Shown: piece by piece, positions 37,545-52,447 of the stretch
How positions within the stretch are numbered: the first letter of the stretch is position 1
How the letters are laid out: each line of letters opens with the position of its first letter
Assembly: GCF_006345805.1 (NCBI RefSeq)
Contig: NC_042999.1
Span: 64,542,001 to 64,606,000, forward strand
Source of the DNA: Octopus sinensis
Taxonomy: Eukaryota
DNA: 64,000 bases
Direction: 5' to 3'
Notes under the pieces: model-generated
Seen by the model: the letters and a program-made list of their open reading frames with translations, nothing else
The model's database searches: none
What the model was told of the DNA's origin: nothing
Program-made: the position numbers and the translations under genes

Positions 37545-38130
37545 AATCTTTTCTACTCTAGGCGCAAGGCCCGAAATTTTCGGGGAGAGGGCCAGTCGAT
37601 TAGCTCGACCCCAGTACGCAACTGGGACTTAATTTATCGACCCCGAAAGAATGAAAGACAAAGTCGACTTCGGTGGAATTTGAACTCAGAACGTAGCGGC
37701 AGATGAAGTACCTATGTCTTTACTACTCACAAGGGGCTAAACACAGAGAGGACAAACAAGGACAAACAAACGGATTAAGTCAATTATATCGACCCCAGTG
37801 CGTAACTGGTACTTATTTAATCGACCCCGAAAAGATGAAAGGCAAAGTCGACCTCGGTGGAATTTGAACTCAGAACGTAGCGGCAGATGAAGTACCTATT
37901 TCTTTACTACCCACAAGGGGATAAACACAGAGAGGACAAACAAGGACAGACAAACGGATTAAGTCGATTATATCGACCCCAGTGCGTAACTGGTACTTAA
38001 TTTATCGACCCCGAAAGGATGAAAGGCAAAGTCGGCCTCGGCGGAATTTGAACTCAGAACGTAGCGGCAGACGAGATACTGCAAAGCATTTCGCCCGGCG
38101 TGCTAACGTTTCTGCCAGCTCGTCGCCTTA
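37545..38130 (-). mobile_element. SINE family A trimer, 184-bp period
   Basis: cgaccccagt at 37606, 37790, 37974; junctions at about 37708 and 37892. Confidence 0.92.
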
Positions 38131-40089
38131 TTTCGTCAAGAACATTAGCTGAGAAACAAAAGAAAGGTTAAAAGTGAGGAAATACAAAGGACGGAAATCG
38201 GGTGTATCTCTTAAAACGACTGAGTATTAGAAGTGTGATGTTTTAGTATTTGGGAAACGGCTGAGATTGAGGTATGGAATAGACCCTGGTATCGTATATT
38301 TTCGAGAGTATTATTCAATATCATCTAAAATACGTTATATACAAAGTTAAATAAAGTTGGCAATTTTAAGCATTTGGTGTAATAAATGCTTTAAAATATT
38401 TATAAATTATGAAGCGTTTTTGAGAATGAGGATACTATTTCCATTCGGAGTTGATATTTCCTTGTTCCCATAACACTTCAAAACACTGAAATGTTTTAAA
38501 CCGTTTATCATAGTAAATGATTGAAACTGCTAATCCGACGTCTTAAAAGTAATGCGTTTTCAAGGAAGAACATTAACCAGCGAGATTTTTTTTCATCATA
38601 TGAAAACTAACATTTCAACTGATATCTCTCTGCTTAAACGTTTTCCAAATACTTATATCACCCGCATTTCTTTTAATATTATAAATTCGCACTTCTTTGA
38701 TAAATCCTTCTCTTTCGCCCCTGATAAGCCAGCTAGCTCTATTCTTTTAACCGCCCTTTTCTGTTTATGCTTTCTTCTCTCTCCTTCTCTCTCCTTCTTT
38801 ATATACTGTATACTTATTTTCGCTTTTGCGTCACCGCTTTCTGTTTATTCAACATTATATATGCATTCTTTATACATTCAAATATTCTAGACCATTTATT
38901 ACACCAAATGCTTGAAATTGTGAATGAGCCATACTCCCCCTTACACATAATGTATTTCAGAACAATTTCTTACGAGGCATTTACTTTGTCCAAGAACTGA
39001 AATAAGCTCATATAGTCTGATCGCTAGAAACTTTGATCAAGAACCGAAATTAGGTCATGGATCCCATGTCTTGGAACTAACATCGTGCAAAAACCCATAC
39101 CAGCTTAAGTAGTTATTGAGGATGACTTCGAAGCTATCCTGTTTTAATATCGGCATTTTGGAAAAGTGCTGTCCACCGTATTCTCGTGTCTACCTACATC
39201 AGTTAAGTGAGCGGCCTTGGTAGACGGAAAGCGCGAGAAAAAAAAAAGCCTGATTTTGTGTGTGATTAATCTGGGGGCAGATTGAAAATGACTAACATCC
39301 GTTTAATGGAGTCCACTTTGCTGCAAGCAAGCATTCAGGCCAGATGTCCAATCTGAATATCCTCTTTCTCCTACTAATCGCAGAACCTTTGAAAAAATCA
39401 TGGGTGCAGCAGCCTTTCATCCTCTGACTAACCAAAAAATAAGCACCCCCACCACTAAAAGACGACTAAATATTTTCTCAATTAAACACTATCTGTCCTA
39501 CTAATATTGTTTAGATGAGAAAATATAATAGAGTGTAATGTGCTTTCAAGCAATTTGGAGCAACGATTGCTTTAACAAAGGCGAGGATGAAAATCATGAG
39601 TTAAATAATTATCATTAATTAGTCTTAATTTTTTATGATTCCTCTTTATATAATTTGTCAACTAATTGCTCAGCTCACCCCATTCTAAAACCCATACTTC
39701 CCCACATCAAAATTCTTGTTTGTCACTCTCTTTTACAAACACCACTCCGTTGCAATTTTGTACACATTCATTAACTCACTTACTCAGACTATTTCTAGCA
39801 AGCCCCCTATTAGTCACTAAATCTGCTGCTCTCCTGCCCCACTGTCTTAAAAACAGACCTAGAGAGCTGAAATTTTCACGTTGTAGCTTAGACATAGAGC
39901 TTTCCAAAAAGGTTTAGCATTCCAAGATCAGATGATGATCAAGGTGTACGTAAATAATTAAATGAACAAATGAAATTAAACATTAGTTTTTCAGTCGACT
40001 TACACTTTAATTACTGTACAACAAGTATGAAACGAATCAAAAAAGTATAGTATAGGTATCATGCAAAGATCAGATGATGATCAAAGGGT

Positions 40090-41790
<1,701 letters not shown>

Positions 41791-41829
41791 TCCATGTGTG
41801 TGTGTATATACATATATATATATACACAC

Positions 41830-42855
41830 ACACATGGTGCGATGGTTAAATTGGCACCATTTTATAATTTTAGTTTTGCGCATTATTTGTTTTTGATTTT
41901 GTCGACTACAGTATAATATAATAGTGTTAGTTGGGCACCGTTTGCGAGAAAACTGCACCATGATACAATTCACTCTGCTAGAAATTAGGAAATTGTATAC
42001 TGTATTGCTTGGCATTCGCGTCGGAATGTTCCTGTACGAACATTTCAGAGTGTTTGGGTGTCAATCTGAGGACAGTGCAGAGGATTCGGAAAGAGTTGGA
42101 TGAGTCTAATGCTGATTACGAAGGTACGGCAGCTCGGCAAACTCACTCTGATCGTTCTGATAAGAAAAGGACACCTGAATTTGTTGGTGTGATTCAGTCC
42201 AATACAATCAGAGCCATCACCAGAACAACCGTCGGCTTGCCGTGTCTCTAAGACGAGAATGATAAAAATCAAACATCCAGTCAAAATCATGGTGTTTGGA
42301 GTAATCACTAGTGATAGCGACGTTATGCCTCCATTCATCTTCCCATACGGCCTCAGACTTAACACGGAGGCCTACGTCATGTGCCTGGAGGAGGTAGTGC
42401 TACCCTGAGTCGAGAGGGTGGCTGCCTGAAGACCCTATGTCTAGCAACAAGACTTTGCACCATGCCACACAAGCAGGAGAACCCAGTCATGGTTGTCAGA
42501 CAATTTCTGCTACCACATCACCCCTAATATCTGGCCAGCTAACTCCCCACACTGATTATTACGTGTGGGGCGCAGTTGAGCGAGAGACCAATAAAACTCC
42601 TTGTAACACCGAAGATGAATTGAAGACAAGGATTATGGCAGCATTCACCAGTTTAAACAGAGACCGCCCAGAAGAGTTGCAGGAGATTCCGAAGTCGTCC
42701 GGGGCACGTGGTTAAAAGTGATCTTATTGAATAAATTTACTCTTTAGTATTTCAAAATATTTATGTAATTTTAGTAAATATATCTGTTAAAATGAGATGT
42801 CAGTGTTATTTTCATTTTTGCGTAATTTAGATGACAATTTATTCACCGCACAAGT
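41830..42855 (+). mobile_element. Internally deleted D37D-type (maT/Bmmar-like) transposon
   Basis: VNLRTVQRIRKEL..RSDKKRTPEF, VMVFGVITSDSDVMPPFIF, QQDFAPCHTSRRTQSWL..WPANSP-(deletion)-DYYVWGAVE; degenerate TIRs. Confidence 0.75.
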
Positions 42856-44536
42856 GTGTATGTGTGTGCGCGGGGTGGGATTAAAAATTTAGATTATAAG
42901 TTTTTCTGTTGTTGCTTAAATCCCAACAATGGATCACCTTTGAACTAAACAAACCCTTTACTTCATCATCACTACTCCATAAAATATGTTTAAGCGGAGA
43001 AAAATATTGAAAAACATCAATATATGTCAGAGTAACAAAGAAACGAGGAAGGTACCATGTAGTCGTGGGATGTGCTAGAAACAACAAGTAAATCTCCTTT
43101 CATCTGAAAATTAATTTGAAATCATAAAAGTATGATTAATAAAAAAAAAATGAAAAAAGTCGAAATTTTATGATTTATATGGGACAGGTTGATAAAAAAA
43201 ATTATAAAAATTTCACCATTGTTTTATACATAATTTTTCTGTTTGAGAATAAAAGAAGTAGGTATTGTAATGGCGAATACCGACTTCCGAAAGAATATTT
43301 TTTTAACCGAAAGGCTTCTTTCAGCATTTTTAAGTGCGTAGTGCAGAGAAAAAAAAAAAAAAAAACTGGCCGAAATCGGCATTGAGTGGGGAAGGGGGCC
43401 TGAAAAAAAGAGTGAAGGTATTTATAAATATTAACCTGGCTAAAATCTATAGCTATACTCTGTAGTGCAATATATTGCACTCACCATTCAAAACACACAT
43501 TGTACCAGTTGTTTATTAATCAAATTAGTTGCCATTTATGCATTAGAGTATGCAGATTTGGCTATCCAATTTATTTAAGCTTGCAATAATAGTTTGTGTT
43601 TAAGCAGTTTACTCTATAGAAAATTAATGGGGATAGTCACTTGTAGAAGAAATCCTAACAGAATTTATGCTTGTCAAGTTGACCCTGCTTTCCATGTCCA
43701 CAAAGTTATTGTATATGAAACATATTTACTATTTTACTTGTTTCACTCATGTGACTGTGGCCATGCTGGAGCACCGCCTTTAGTCGAGCAAATCGACCCC
43801 AGGACTTATTCTTTGTAAGCCTAGTACTTATTCTATCGGTCTCTTTTGCCTAACCCATCAGCAATAATATCTGTACATACAGCGTTGGTTAAAAATATAT
43901 AGATGTATTTTGTAGTAAGCTGTAGCTGTGAGATATTTCTTATTTCATTTTTTTTTTACTCATTTCAGTCTTTGGACTGCGACTATGCTGGAGCACCAAA
44001 TCGAAGTATTTCGTCGAACAAATTGAACCTAAACTTAAATTTAAAAAAAAATCTGACACATACCCTATTGGACTCTTTTGCTACACTATGGGACATAAAC
44101 AAACCAACATCTGTTGTCAAACTCACACACACACACAAACACACAATCACGCAAACACACAATCACACACACAAACACACAATCACGCAGATACACAATC
44201 ACACACACATATGTACGATGGATTTCTACGCAGTTTCTGCCTACCAAATTCACTAACAAGACATTGGGGTTATAGTAGAAGTCACTTGCCCAAGGAGCCG
44301 CGCGGTGGAACTGAACGCAGTACCACGCTGGTGTAAAACGAGCTCCTTAAGTACACAGTAAAAAAACAAAAAACAAAAATGAAATACATACTGAAATATA
44401 TACAATATATGCTTTACTAAAAACTAAATTGCATTTGAGATACGGAGATATACTGAAAAGAAAAGCATATTACTTTTGCTTCCGTATATCAGCAATTTCT
44501 GTGCGTTGGTATATACAAGCAGTTCTACATCTTTAG

Positions 44537-44915
44537 GGGAGGCGTAATGGCCTAGTGGTTAGGGCAGCGGACTCGCGGTCGTAGGATCGCGGTTTCGAGA
44601 TCCAGACCGGGCGTTGTGAGTGTTTATTGAGCGAAAACACCTAAAGCTCCACGAGGCTCCGGCAGGGATGGTGGTGATCCCTGCTGTACTCTTTCACCAC
44701 AACTTTCTCTCACTCTTTCTTCCTGTTTCTGTTGTACCTGTATTTCAAAGGGCCAGCCTTGTCACTCTCTGTGTCACGCTGAATATCCCCGAGAACTACG
44801 TTAAGGGTACACGTGTCTGTGGAGTGCTCAGCCACTTACACGTTAATTTCACGAGCAGGCTGTTCCGTTGGTCGTATCAACCGGAACCCCCGTCGTCGTA
44901 ACCGACGGAGTGCTT
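44537..44915 (+). mobile_element. tRNA-derived SINE (family C head, family D-type tail)
   Basis: ggaggcgtaatggcctagtggttagggcagcggactcgcgg head; tail cgtcgtcgtaaccgacggagtgc. Confidence 0.85.
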
Positions 44916-45344
44916 CCATTCCACATCCTTAGGATTCATTCTCTTTTATTTATTCTCTAACGAAGTATAACGTTATCATAAATGTCTGTGAAGATTGGCT
45001 GTCAGGAAGACAATACAATAGAAAAGAGTCAGTATAAACAGTGTATGTTGTATATTTATTATATAAGTGCGTAACATGACTATATTTTCGGGTGACTCTT
45101 CTTATTAACTGGCATGACGATAAGAAGCATGCCTCTAAACTACATGGTTTCAGGTTCGGTTCCATTGTATGGCACATTAGACAAATACTTTCTGCTATAG
45201 ACCTGAGCATAGCAAAACTTTATGAGTAGATTTGGTAGATATATAGATGAAATTTATAGAAAAACGAAAGACGAAGATATGAACAACAAGCGAGTGCATT
45301 AGTGTGACGCTCGGGAAAATGAATATATATATATATACATATCA

Positions 45345-45645
45345 CTGTGATTACAGTAACCGACCAGGTTTTCAGATGTTTCTACACATCGCTGGTCACA
45401 ATGCGCTTCGCATTGTCTTAGCCTTCAAATGACGCCACCCCGCTGGCTAAGCGAGCAGGCCAACAGAAGAAAGAGTGAGAGAAAGTTGTGGCGGAAGAGT
45501 ACAGCAGGGATCGCCACCATCCCCTGCCGGAGCCTCGTGGAGCTTTAGGTGTTTTCGCTCAATAAACACTCGCAACGCCCAGTCTAGAAATCGAAACTGC
45601 GATCCTACACCGCGAGTCTGCCGCCCAAACCACTGGGCCATTACG
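45345..45645 (-). mobile_element. tRNA-derived SINE family C
   Basis: Reverse complement colinear with 7153-7456. Confidence 0.85.
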
Positions 45646-46056
45646 ACTACATACACACACACACACATATACATACACACACACACATACACATACACAC
45701 ACACACATATATATATATATATGCATGTATATTTTTATATATGTTCGTTTGTATACGTTCGTATATGTAAGTATATCGTATGTTGTATATATGTATATTT
45801 GTATTTATGTGCTTTTTGAATATATTCCACTGATGAATGCAGAATCAGAAATCCAAGATCTGGAATTATCCAGTAATTTTTGCTAGTTTATTTTGTCTCT
45901 TCGTCTTCTCTCTCTCCTGGTGCTGTACGAACATTTAATGTAGTTTTAGAGTCAAGTTTTGACTGCTATTTCCAGCGTGGTGGTATCTCTTAGATACCCT
46001 AAATTATAATTTGAAGGTTTTTATTCCCATGCTGGTCACCTGATAAGATCGGTATT

Positions 46057-46107
<51 letters not shown>

Positions 46108-46161
46108 TTATATATATATATATATATATATATTTTTATATATATATATTATATATATATA

Positions 46162-46207
<46 letters not shown>

Positions 46208-46470
46208 TATATATCGTTGTTATTATGCAAAACTTTCTGAAGTCCAAAACGTTGCTTTTTCAGAAAACGGAAAAAAAAAAAATAGTTTCACCATTCCATA
46301 GCAAAAACGTTGTTAGTAGACTTTGGCAATTCTTGATATCTTGGCATCTGAAGCAGCCGGAGATAGGATAGTTTGACCAAAAAGAACCGGCTATTGCAAG
46401 CAAAAATATATACTGAAAAAAACGCATTTGACCAAATTTGGATACACGACAGTTTAACATAATAACAACG

Positions 46471-46502
<32 letters not shown>

Positions 46503-46799
46503 TCTTGTTCACCGCTTAACAACTGGTGTTGTTTATTTTATGGCTTTGTAACTAAGCGGGTAAACCAAAGAGACCGATAGAATAAGTACCATGCTTAGAA
46601 ATAAGAATTAGGGTTGATTCATTCGACTAAGACCTTCAAGGCAGTGTGCGGCTCAGCAAAAGTCCAGTGAATGAAACAAGGAAACGATAAACAATAAGAG
46701 ATCTAATCCCCGAGTGTATGTATGTATTATGTATGTATGTATGTATGTATGTATGTATGTATGTATGTATGTATGTATGTATGATTGTATGTATGTCGA

Positions 46800-47358
46800 A
46801 TTATGTCAGGTCACTTTCGAGTGCTACTGGTAACGTGTAACCCAGTACAACCTGTTGCATGGTCGGATCGTCGGCGACTAAACCGGCAACCCCACCAAAC
46901 TTGCTTGGTGAGGAGGGTGTTTATTGGACACCCTGCGGAATGAAAAACAAAACCCGCCAAAGGGCGGAGGAACTCTTGAGAGTCAACGGCCATCCAATAA
47001 ATGTCTTAAGGCTGTATCATGTACGGGGACATAGAAATAATCGGACTGAATACCCGATCGCGCGGTTAAACCATTGGGAGTGAAGGACTCCTAGCCTTTG
47101 TTAGGGCATCCTTCTCGGAGAAGGTAACTCAGGTAACTGGGATAACTCCGACATAAAACCTGCGGCTCAGTGGTTACCGATGATGTTGACTTGTTCTGCT
47201 TTTCGGATTATGGCTGCTGTTGCTTAGTGAGTGGGATTGACTCAGTGCACAGCCTTTCTTCACTTTAAAAAAAATCTTCTTGCACAGGCATTGCACGATA
47301 ACGACATTGATTAAGCTTTGTGCACTGGCCATACTCGATAACGAGGGGGCAGCCACCA
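46800..47358 (+). mobile_element. Non-coding RTE 5'-UTR-like element between two (TATG)n tracts
   Basis: gggagtgaaggactcctagcctttgttagggcatccttctcggagaaggtaactc resembles the recalled RTE/BovB 5' UTR motif; (tatg)n at 46728-46795 and 47359-47430; no ORF. Confidence 0.5.
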
Positions 47359-47994
47359 TGTATGTATGTATGTATGTATGTATGTATGTATGTATGTATG
47401 CATGCATGTATGTATGTATGTATGTATGCTTGTGTCTGTATGCTTGTGTCTGTGTATGTGTGTGTGCGTGCGTGCGTGTACGCGTCTGTGTGCGTGCGTG
47501 CGTTTATGTGATGAGAATTGTAATCCTCTATTGAACTCGTTGATGCAACCAGCTATTTTTTTTTTTTTTTTACAGTTGTACTCACAAGTGTGGGTGAAAT
47601 CGAAAACAAATAACGTTTGGGAGTTTACAACAGTATCTGACGTCATAAGTCGTTCATGTCGTCGAGTGCCCTTCATTAAAGACCATATCAGAATGAGGTG
47701 GGCGGAAGCGGGGATGGATCCTTAAAGTTCATGGAAAGAATTGGGGTGACGTAGAACTGGGGCAATTTATTATTTCTGTTTAGAATTGCAGTGGTTGGAT
47801 GCGACGAAAAATGCGAACTTGATTCACAGGAAGCTTAACCCTTTTCTTGTACAGGGATTATAGTAGTAGTAGTAGTGGCAGCAGCAGCAGCAGTAGTAGT
47901 AGTGATGGGTGTGGTCGTAGAGATGCGGTTGGTGACATAATGCTGTGTGATGAGACAGAATAATTATTATAACTTCTTATGCTATATCTCCCTC

Positions 47995-48186
47995 TGTTTT
48001 CTTTGTTTCAGTCATTTGACTGCGGCCATGCTGGAGCACCACCTTTTGTCGAGCAAATCGACCCCAGGACTTATTCTTTGTAAGCCTAGTACTTATTCTA
48101 TCAGTCTTTTTTGCCGAACCGCTAATGTTACGGGGACGAAAACACACCAGCATCGGTTGTCAAGCAATGTTGGAGGGAGAAATACC

Positions 48187-48224
<38 letters not shown>

Positions 48225-49368
48225 TACATACAACGGGCTTCTTTCAGTTTCCGTCTACCAAATCCACTCACAAGGCTTTAGTAGAAGACACTTGCCCAAG
48301 GTGCCACGCAGTGAGACTGAACCCGGAACCATGTGGTTGGTAAGCAAGCTACTTACCACACAGCCACTCCTGCATCTATTGTGTATTTTATTAAGTTTAT
48401 GCAGCAAGGCAACGAGCTGGCTGAATCGTTGACACGCTGGGCAAAATGTTTAGTGGCATTTCGTTCGTCTTTACATTCTGAGTTCAAATCCCGCCGAGGT
48501 CGACATCTCCTTTCATCCTTTCTATGGGGTCTATATAATCAACTCGCCCTTCTCCATAAAAAGTGTTGATTCTGTTCCAGATTTGAATCCAATAATTTTA
48601 AGCAACAAAAGGCGGCGAACTTGTTGAATCGTTAGCACGCCGAACGAATTGCTTAGCGGCATTTTTTTCGGGCTTTATGATCCGAGTTCAAATTCCGCCG
48701 AGGTCGACTTTGTCGTTTATCTCTTCCAGTGGGGGATAAAATAAGTACCAGTTGAGCTCAGGGGTCAATGTAATCGATGAGATCTTTTCCCCAATGATTT
48801 CAGGCTTTGTGGCTATAATAGAAAGAATAATTAAAGGCGGCGACAGACAAAATGCTTAGCGGAATCTTTTTGCATTTCTTCGGACTTTACAGTGAATTTA
48901 AATTCCGGCGGGTTGACTTTGCTTTTCATCCTTTAGGACTTGATACACAAGAACCAGCTGCGAACTGGGGTCTATGTAATCGATTACTTCTTCCTCTCCA
49001 AAATTGCAGGTCTTGTGCCTGTAGTAGAAAGGACCAATGTTATATGGCAACAATAGCGCTGTTGATTACAGGACTCCCTCGAGTCACTCTCTAATTCACT
49101 GCATTCTCGATGCCGAGGACTACAACGGAATACCTATTTCTTTACTACCCACAAGGGGCTAAACACAGAGAGGACAAACAAGGACAGACAAACAGATTAA
49201 GTCGATTACATCGACCCCACTGCGTAACTGGTACTTAATTTATCGACCCCGTAAGGGGGAAAGGCAAAGTCGACCTCGGCGGAATTTGAACTCAGAACGT
49301 AACGGCAGATGAAATACGACTACGCATTTCGCCCAGCGCGCTAACGATTCTGCCAGCTCACCGCCTTC
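47995..49368. mobile_element. SINE cluster: family B (47995-48372, -), three family A monomers (48405-49035, +), family A short-tail copy (49125-49368, -)
   Basis: Repeated gagttcaaattccgccgaggtcgac and ttttcatcc cores. Confidence 0.8.
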
Positions 49369-49745
49369 TTCAACAGAATACCTTTAACTTAATATCTAAA
49401 AAAATATCTCAAAGAACTTCGTCGGAAGAATACCGGTATTTTCGTTTCTATTTATCCACATTCTTTGTTCGTCGATGCTTACAACCTGTACTGGCGTACA
49501 CTATCTGGATTTATTATACTATCTTCTTGTGTTGATTACTGGGTGAACATCCGTGACTTTTTGCATATATCACCACCTGTAAATTAGGATTATTATGTAA
49601 CTCTTGGCTTCCTGAAGTAGCTGCCGAGTCAAGGCATTACGTAATTGCTTTATATGTATGTATATATATATATATATATAAAATAATTATTTCTTTCTCT
49701 TTGTTTTTGTTCTATATTTATTGTGCTCTATGATTATATATATAT

Positions 49746-49805
<60 letters not shown>

Positions 49806-49808
<3 letters not shown>

Positions 49809-50724
49809 CTAGAAAAGCACTCGGAGAGCGTAGACCTCCGCCAAGCAGCTCATTTCCACCTATATACACGCATGCCCAAACTAACGCCGGCAAAAACATA
49901 AGCTCCTTGACAGGGTTAAAAAAAAATAACACAGCCATATGATTTAAAATAAAAACCCTTTAAAAACAGGAATCATCTGAAGCAGTTATAATACATCAAT
50001 GACAATAGCAAGCTAGTTTCACCATACAACTAAAAAGAAACAACAATTACCTAAAACTTGAGTGATACACACACAACATCATGGTCGGAAAAGTAACAGT
50101 CGGTTATGGTGACTTGTGGAAGCCGATCCTGGTTCACGTAAACATGATCTAGCAGGCTTCCATAGTCGGTGGTGGGTTTTTGGACTAGTTGGTCGAACCC
50201 AAACTAGTTCATAGTTGTCAAGATCTCATGGTTAGGGGAATCAAGGAGATCCATGTTGAAATCACCAAGGACGATGGTCAGATGATTCCTTGGCAAAGAT
50301 AAAAGAGCTATCTGTCTACTTACGAAACTAAACCTAACTTCCTACTTTACATCCCTCTGTGGTCAGTATAGTATCAATCATCCCTCAGAAGTCCATAGAT
50401 ACGCGAGAAAAATTACTAATAGAGAAACGAAAATAAAACTTTGGAAACAGCGACGCCACCATAGGTTACATGGAAACGATGAACGTGTTTTCAAGGGAGA
50501 TAATCAAAGAACGTAATAATGTAATACTTCATGTAAAGTAAATATAACAAATGAAAGATCCTTCAAGAATCACTACCAAAATTTCATCATCTGTTCCTTG
50601 TGTCATTACCAACTTCTGCAAGTTTCATCAAATACCGTTCACAACTTCTTGAGTTATTTTACACACAGACGGACAAACCAGCGCCGATGAAAACAGAACC
50701 ACCTTCCTTGGCGGAGGTAATAAA
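49806..50724 (-). mobile_element. Internally deleted Helentron (Helitron2-type) with APE endonuclease remnant
   Basis: Perfect 12-bp subterminal IRs acctccgccaag (49834-49845) / cttggcggaggt (50707-50718); terminal hairpin-like gcactcggagagcg; minus-strand frame TIVLGDFNMD..KPTTDYGSLLDHVYVN..YFSDHDVV (50051-50290). Confidence 0.8.
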
Positions 50725-50838
50725 ATGAAGCCAACATTACTATCTGTGTCTGTTTGTAACTATTTATGTGTGTGCATTTGTATTTGTGTGTGGGTGTATT
50801 TGTATGTGTGTGTGCGCGTGTCTATATTTATATATGTA

Positions 50839-50875
<37 letters not shown>

Positions 50876-51495
50876 GTAAATATATACACATATATACATG
50901 CACACACACACACACACTCGCTTCTATACATATATATGTACCATATATATCAACTGATTCCATTCAGTTTCCGTTTACGAATTTCCATATTCACATATTC
51001 ATAAGGTATTAATTATATTGCGTTTATTGGAGAAGACACTTATTTTGCCGGGCTGGTTGTAGGATCGAATTTACTCATCAAACGAATAACCTAAGCGCTC
51101 AGTCACGTCTATACTCTGTCCTTACGTCATAGCTGCAACCTACTTACGATGTGGTTGCATTATATTTACCTTCTATTTCCGATTTAACATGAAATTTTGA
51201 TCTACAGTTTTATTTTCTTTATAACGGAACGCCTGTACCATTGAAGAGGGGTGCTCGCAAGTAGGTTAATATCAAAATGGTTAAATTACAGACAAAACCC
51301 ACCCGTCAAGTTTTTGCGCTGTTTCCTCCTAGCCAATTTGATTGACAAGGCTTTGGTTAACACCAGGCTAACTTTAAAGACACATTGCAGTGGGATCGAG
51401 GTCGAGCTCTAATCTCGGGATTGTTGATTGGATAATCTAGGCAGTCCTAAGAACACACTGAATAAAAAGAAGATGACATGGTCACAGTTGATACG

Positions 51496-51958
51496 GCTTT
51501 GGTCGAGGCTGAGCTGGGGATTGGTCAAGGCTGAGCTAGGGATTAATCAAGGCCGAGCTAGGGATTAGTCAATACTGAGCTAGGGCTTGGTCAAGGTTGA
51601 GCTAGGGATTGTTCAATGCTGAGCTAAGGATTAATCAAGGCCGAGCTAAGGATTGGTCAATGCTGAGCTAGGGATTGGTCAAGACTGAGTCAGGAATTGA
51701 TCATGGATTGAGCTTGGGATTGGTCGAGACTGAGCTAAGGATTAGTCAAGGCTGAGCTAGAGATTGATTAAGGCTGAGCTAGGAATTGATCAAGGCTGAG
51801 CTCAGGATTAGTCAAGGGTGAGATAGGGATTGATCAATACTGAGCTAGGAATTAGTCAAAGCTGAGCTAGGGACTTGTCAAGGCTGAGCTAAAAACTGGT
51901 CATGGCTGAGCTAGGGATTGGTCGAAACTGAGGTACAGATTGGTCAAAGCTGAGCTAG
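51496..51958 (+). repeat. 22-bp minisatellite, about 21 copies, consensus gctgagctagggattggtcaag
   Basis: Direct reading; units adjacent with no spacers. Confidence 0.92.
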
Positions 51959-52381
51959 AGATACAACATGGAAGGAGCTGCTGCATGATCACTTGACATG
52001 CTAGAACTAACAAATATATTCCCTTTAAATCACATCTTACCATATTAAAAAAAAGTAAAGAAATGTTAACTAATTGTCGCAAGCATGGTTGTGTGATTAA
52101 GATGCTTGCTTTACAACCATGTGGTTTCGGGTTCAGTCCCATTGTGTATATAAATATTTAAAAAAATGGAACAAAAACGCAATAGAGGACAATAAAACAT
52201 CCGGACAGATAAACGATACAAAGGCAGACAGGAAAAACAACAAACAGAGAGAAAGAAAAAAAAGGACGGGAGATTCGTGGTCTTCATCCGTCAGTCAAGT
52301 TTCCAGAAGTCCTTACAGTTTCGGGCAGTTACACTTGAGACTGTTCAATCTGGTTGTCACCCAAAAAGTCTAAGCTAAGAG

Positions 52382-52447
<66 letters not shown>

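Noticed and set aside
51496-51958. Regular short repeats as a CRISPR array (also the 163-bp and 184-bp periodicities)
   Set aside because: Units are contiguous with no unique spacers, no cas genes, eukaryotic context
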